The notes under the pieces: model-generated | Told to the model about the DNA's origin: nothing | The model's input: the letters and a program-made list of their open reading frames with translations, nothing else | Databases searched by the model: none | Part shown: piece after piece, positions 61,832 to 64,000 of the stretch | How the letters are laid out: each line of letters opens with the position of its first letter | Numbering within the stretch: position 1 is the first letter of the stretch | Translations under genes and position numbers: made by a program | From: Octopus bimaculoides | Taxonomy: Eukaryota | Direction of reading: 5' to 3' | DNA length: 64,000 nucleotides | Assembly: GCF_001194135.2 (NCBI RefSeq) | Contig: NC_069004.1 | Coordinates: 2,083,968-2,147,967, forward strand

Positions 61832-63866
61832 GTAAGTACAATTTCTAACCTTGTTCTAATTCACTGTAATCTGTATGGTTTTAGTAAAGCATCTTGTTTA
61901 ATTTATATTTTAATCAATAGCCAGATAAATTTATGTGATGTCTATTGAATTATGTTTCAAATATTTGCGTCCGATTTATTTATCTTTCCATGCTGAATGC
62001 CGTTCATGCATTCTCACCATTATACATGACCACCACGAGTATTATATATCTATCTTAAAAAGATGACTTCATTACCGCATATATATAAATATAATTCTTA
62101 ACGGTGTTAATACCGTTGTAGATCCTTTTTCCTAGTTTATTTCCTTCAGTATTTCAGCCGTCTTTTTATATTCCTATCCGCCCGGTTTGTACTAAAATAT
62201 GATATATGTCTCATACATGTGCTATTTGATGAATCGCTTATATTACACAATATCTTCAGTTAATTCAAACTTCCATAGTCTATAAGGGAATTTCTCAATT
62301 GTATATTTGGGGTTCGTAGAGAATTAAGAAACGGAAAAGAAAGAAACCAAGCTGAACATAATGTATCTGTACTGAGTCGGAGAGAGGGAGCATCTAGTAA
62401 TTCAAGCTTGTCTTTGATGACTTCGGGCATCAGTTCGTCTTCATTTGGTCTGATGTGGTGGTCACGGCGGATGTGAATTGTATCTTGAATCGCTATTCTT
62501 CCATACAGTGTCCAATATTTAATAATAACCCTGTCACACTAAATTTTCGCTTCACCACTCCCTCCTCCCGGGTCGCTCCACGTATTTGCATTATCTCACA
62601 AAACGGAACATCTTATACGTTCAATATCACTTATTTCTTGTTCACAGGTTTTCGTAAACAGTTTTCCAATGGATTTCATTCACGATTTTAGCATGTCTTA
62701 CCATGTCTTCACTTTCTATGGGCACTGAATTTAGTTTGCGTATTCCAAGCGTGGCCCCGTTCATTAGCGCTCACATATCCATTTACAAGTAATAAAGCAA
62801 TGTTAATATATTTGTCCTCCCATGGATTAGCGGATATTTGCAACACGAAATCGTTTTTGTATTCAACACATTGGGCAAATGTCTTCTATATGGTCCTGGG
62901 CCGGTCAAAACCTTGTGAATGACCACAGGAAACATTGCCCTGTTCAGAAACTGGACGGGTCTCCGTCTGTAGAAAATCTACTTCGACAGTTTCTCTCTGA
63001 GAAATAAAACTGGACGTTAGATGATAATGAAGTAGTTGATTACACTATAATCCCGTAGAGATATAAAGGTTTTCAAAATCGTGAAGAGAATGTACGACAA
63101 CTGACATGAGGTGCACAATAAAAAAAAAAGAACTCCTTTAATTCTATCACGAGGGCCAGTCCGCCGGTACTGGCAACGGCCACGCTCGAATGGTGTTTTT
63201 TATGTTCCACCGGCACAAGTGCCAGTAAGGCGAAACTGGAAACGATCGCGCTCATATGGTGCTTTTTACGTGCCATCGGCACGGGAGCGAGCCCGTTGCT
63301 CTGGCAGTGATCCCGCTTGGATGGTGCTGCTAACGCTCCACTGGCACGGGTGCCAGTCATCAAATTTGTTTCAGTTTCGATCTCGCCCCAACAGGTCTTC
63401 GTAAGCTGAGTTTAGTGTCCAATAAGGGAAGGTTGGCATGGGTGCCAATTTAATAAATTTAGCCATGGTTCACAAATATATATAACATACATGTGTAAAT
63501 ATTCCTGGCAAAATTTATACAAATTGTTATATAAAGTCTAAAAGCCATCATCTGCTTAATGGCCTCTAAATACATTTGGAACATTTTTAGGGAAGGTCTG
63601 AGGCCCGTGGAGAACACTTTAATGGCCCACTTGCTGGTTGCTGGGAAATAGGTTGTTGTATTGCATGTCTAGTATTGTCCTGATCAAGGTAGCCTATGAT
63701 CAAAGACTCTCCAGCCATGACCATTTCGTCTTAGGCTCAGTACATTTGTAAGAACACATTTTAAAAATAGGTTAGAATATAGTTTGAGGGTATTGTGACT
63801 GTTATTTCAAGCAGGTTCAAAAACCTTGGGATAAAAAAGGATGCTTTTATTCAATATTCCTCTTAG

Positions 63867-64000
<134 letters not shown>

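Noticed and set aside
62415-62455. TGATGA...CTGA box C/D-like pair in RPL15 intron 1
   Set aside because: Only about 40 nt apart, with no terminal stem or D'/C' boxes, too short for a snoRNA.
62290-62540. Roughly 80-codon open stretch on the minus strand (…QDTIHIRRDHHIRPNEDELMPEVIKDKLELLDAP…)
   Set aside because: No recognisable domain, no convincing start or splice pair, and it is antisense within the RPL15 intron.

Overview
AT-rich animal genomic DNA with N gaps, long (TA)n/(CA)n tracts and many SINE/MITE copies. The repeat landscape suggests a coleoid cephalopod, most likely Octopus (inference). Gene content from left to right: (1) a + strand BTB/POZ locus. Three separate upstream coding exons (FLYWCH 1085-1645, MULE-derived FLYWCH 4014-4403, Crypton/tyrosine-recombinase-derived DUF3504 9607-10914) each start at an ATG and end at a phase-0 GT donor. 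All three are frame-compatible with one shared set of downstream exons (16137-16282, 16981-17131, 17755-18687) encoding a BTB domain and a low-complexity tail with no DNA-binding domain of its own. (2) TBC1D25/OATL1 on the - strand, 5 coding exons, 944 aa. (3) UTP18 with an intronless CDS. (4) The start of RPL15, with a TCT/5'TOP first exon. The BTB locus is the most interesting feature: it looks like a reversed mod(mdg4)/lola architecture, with variable transposon-derived N-terminal DNA-binding exons and a constant C-terminal BTB module. All splicing is predicted from sequence only and needs transcript evidence.
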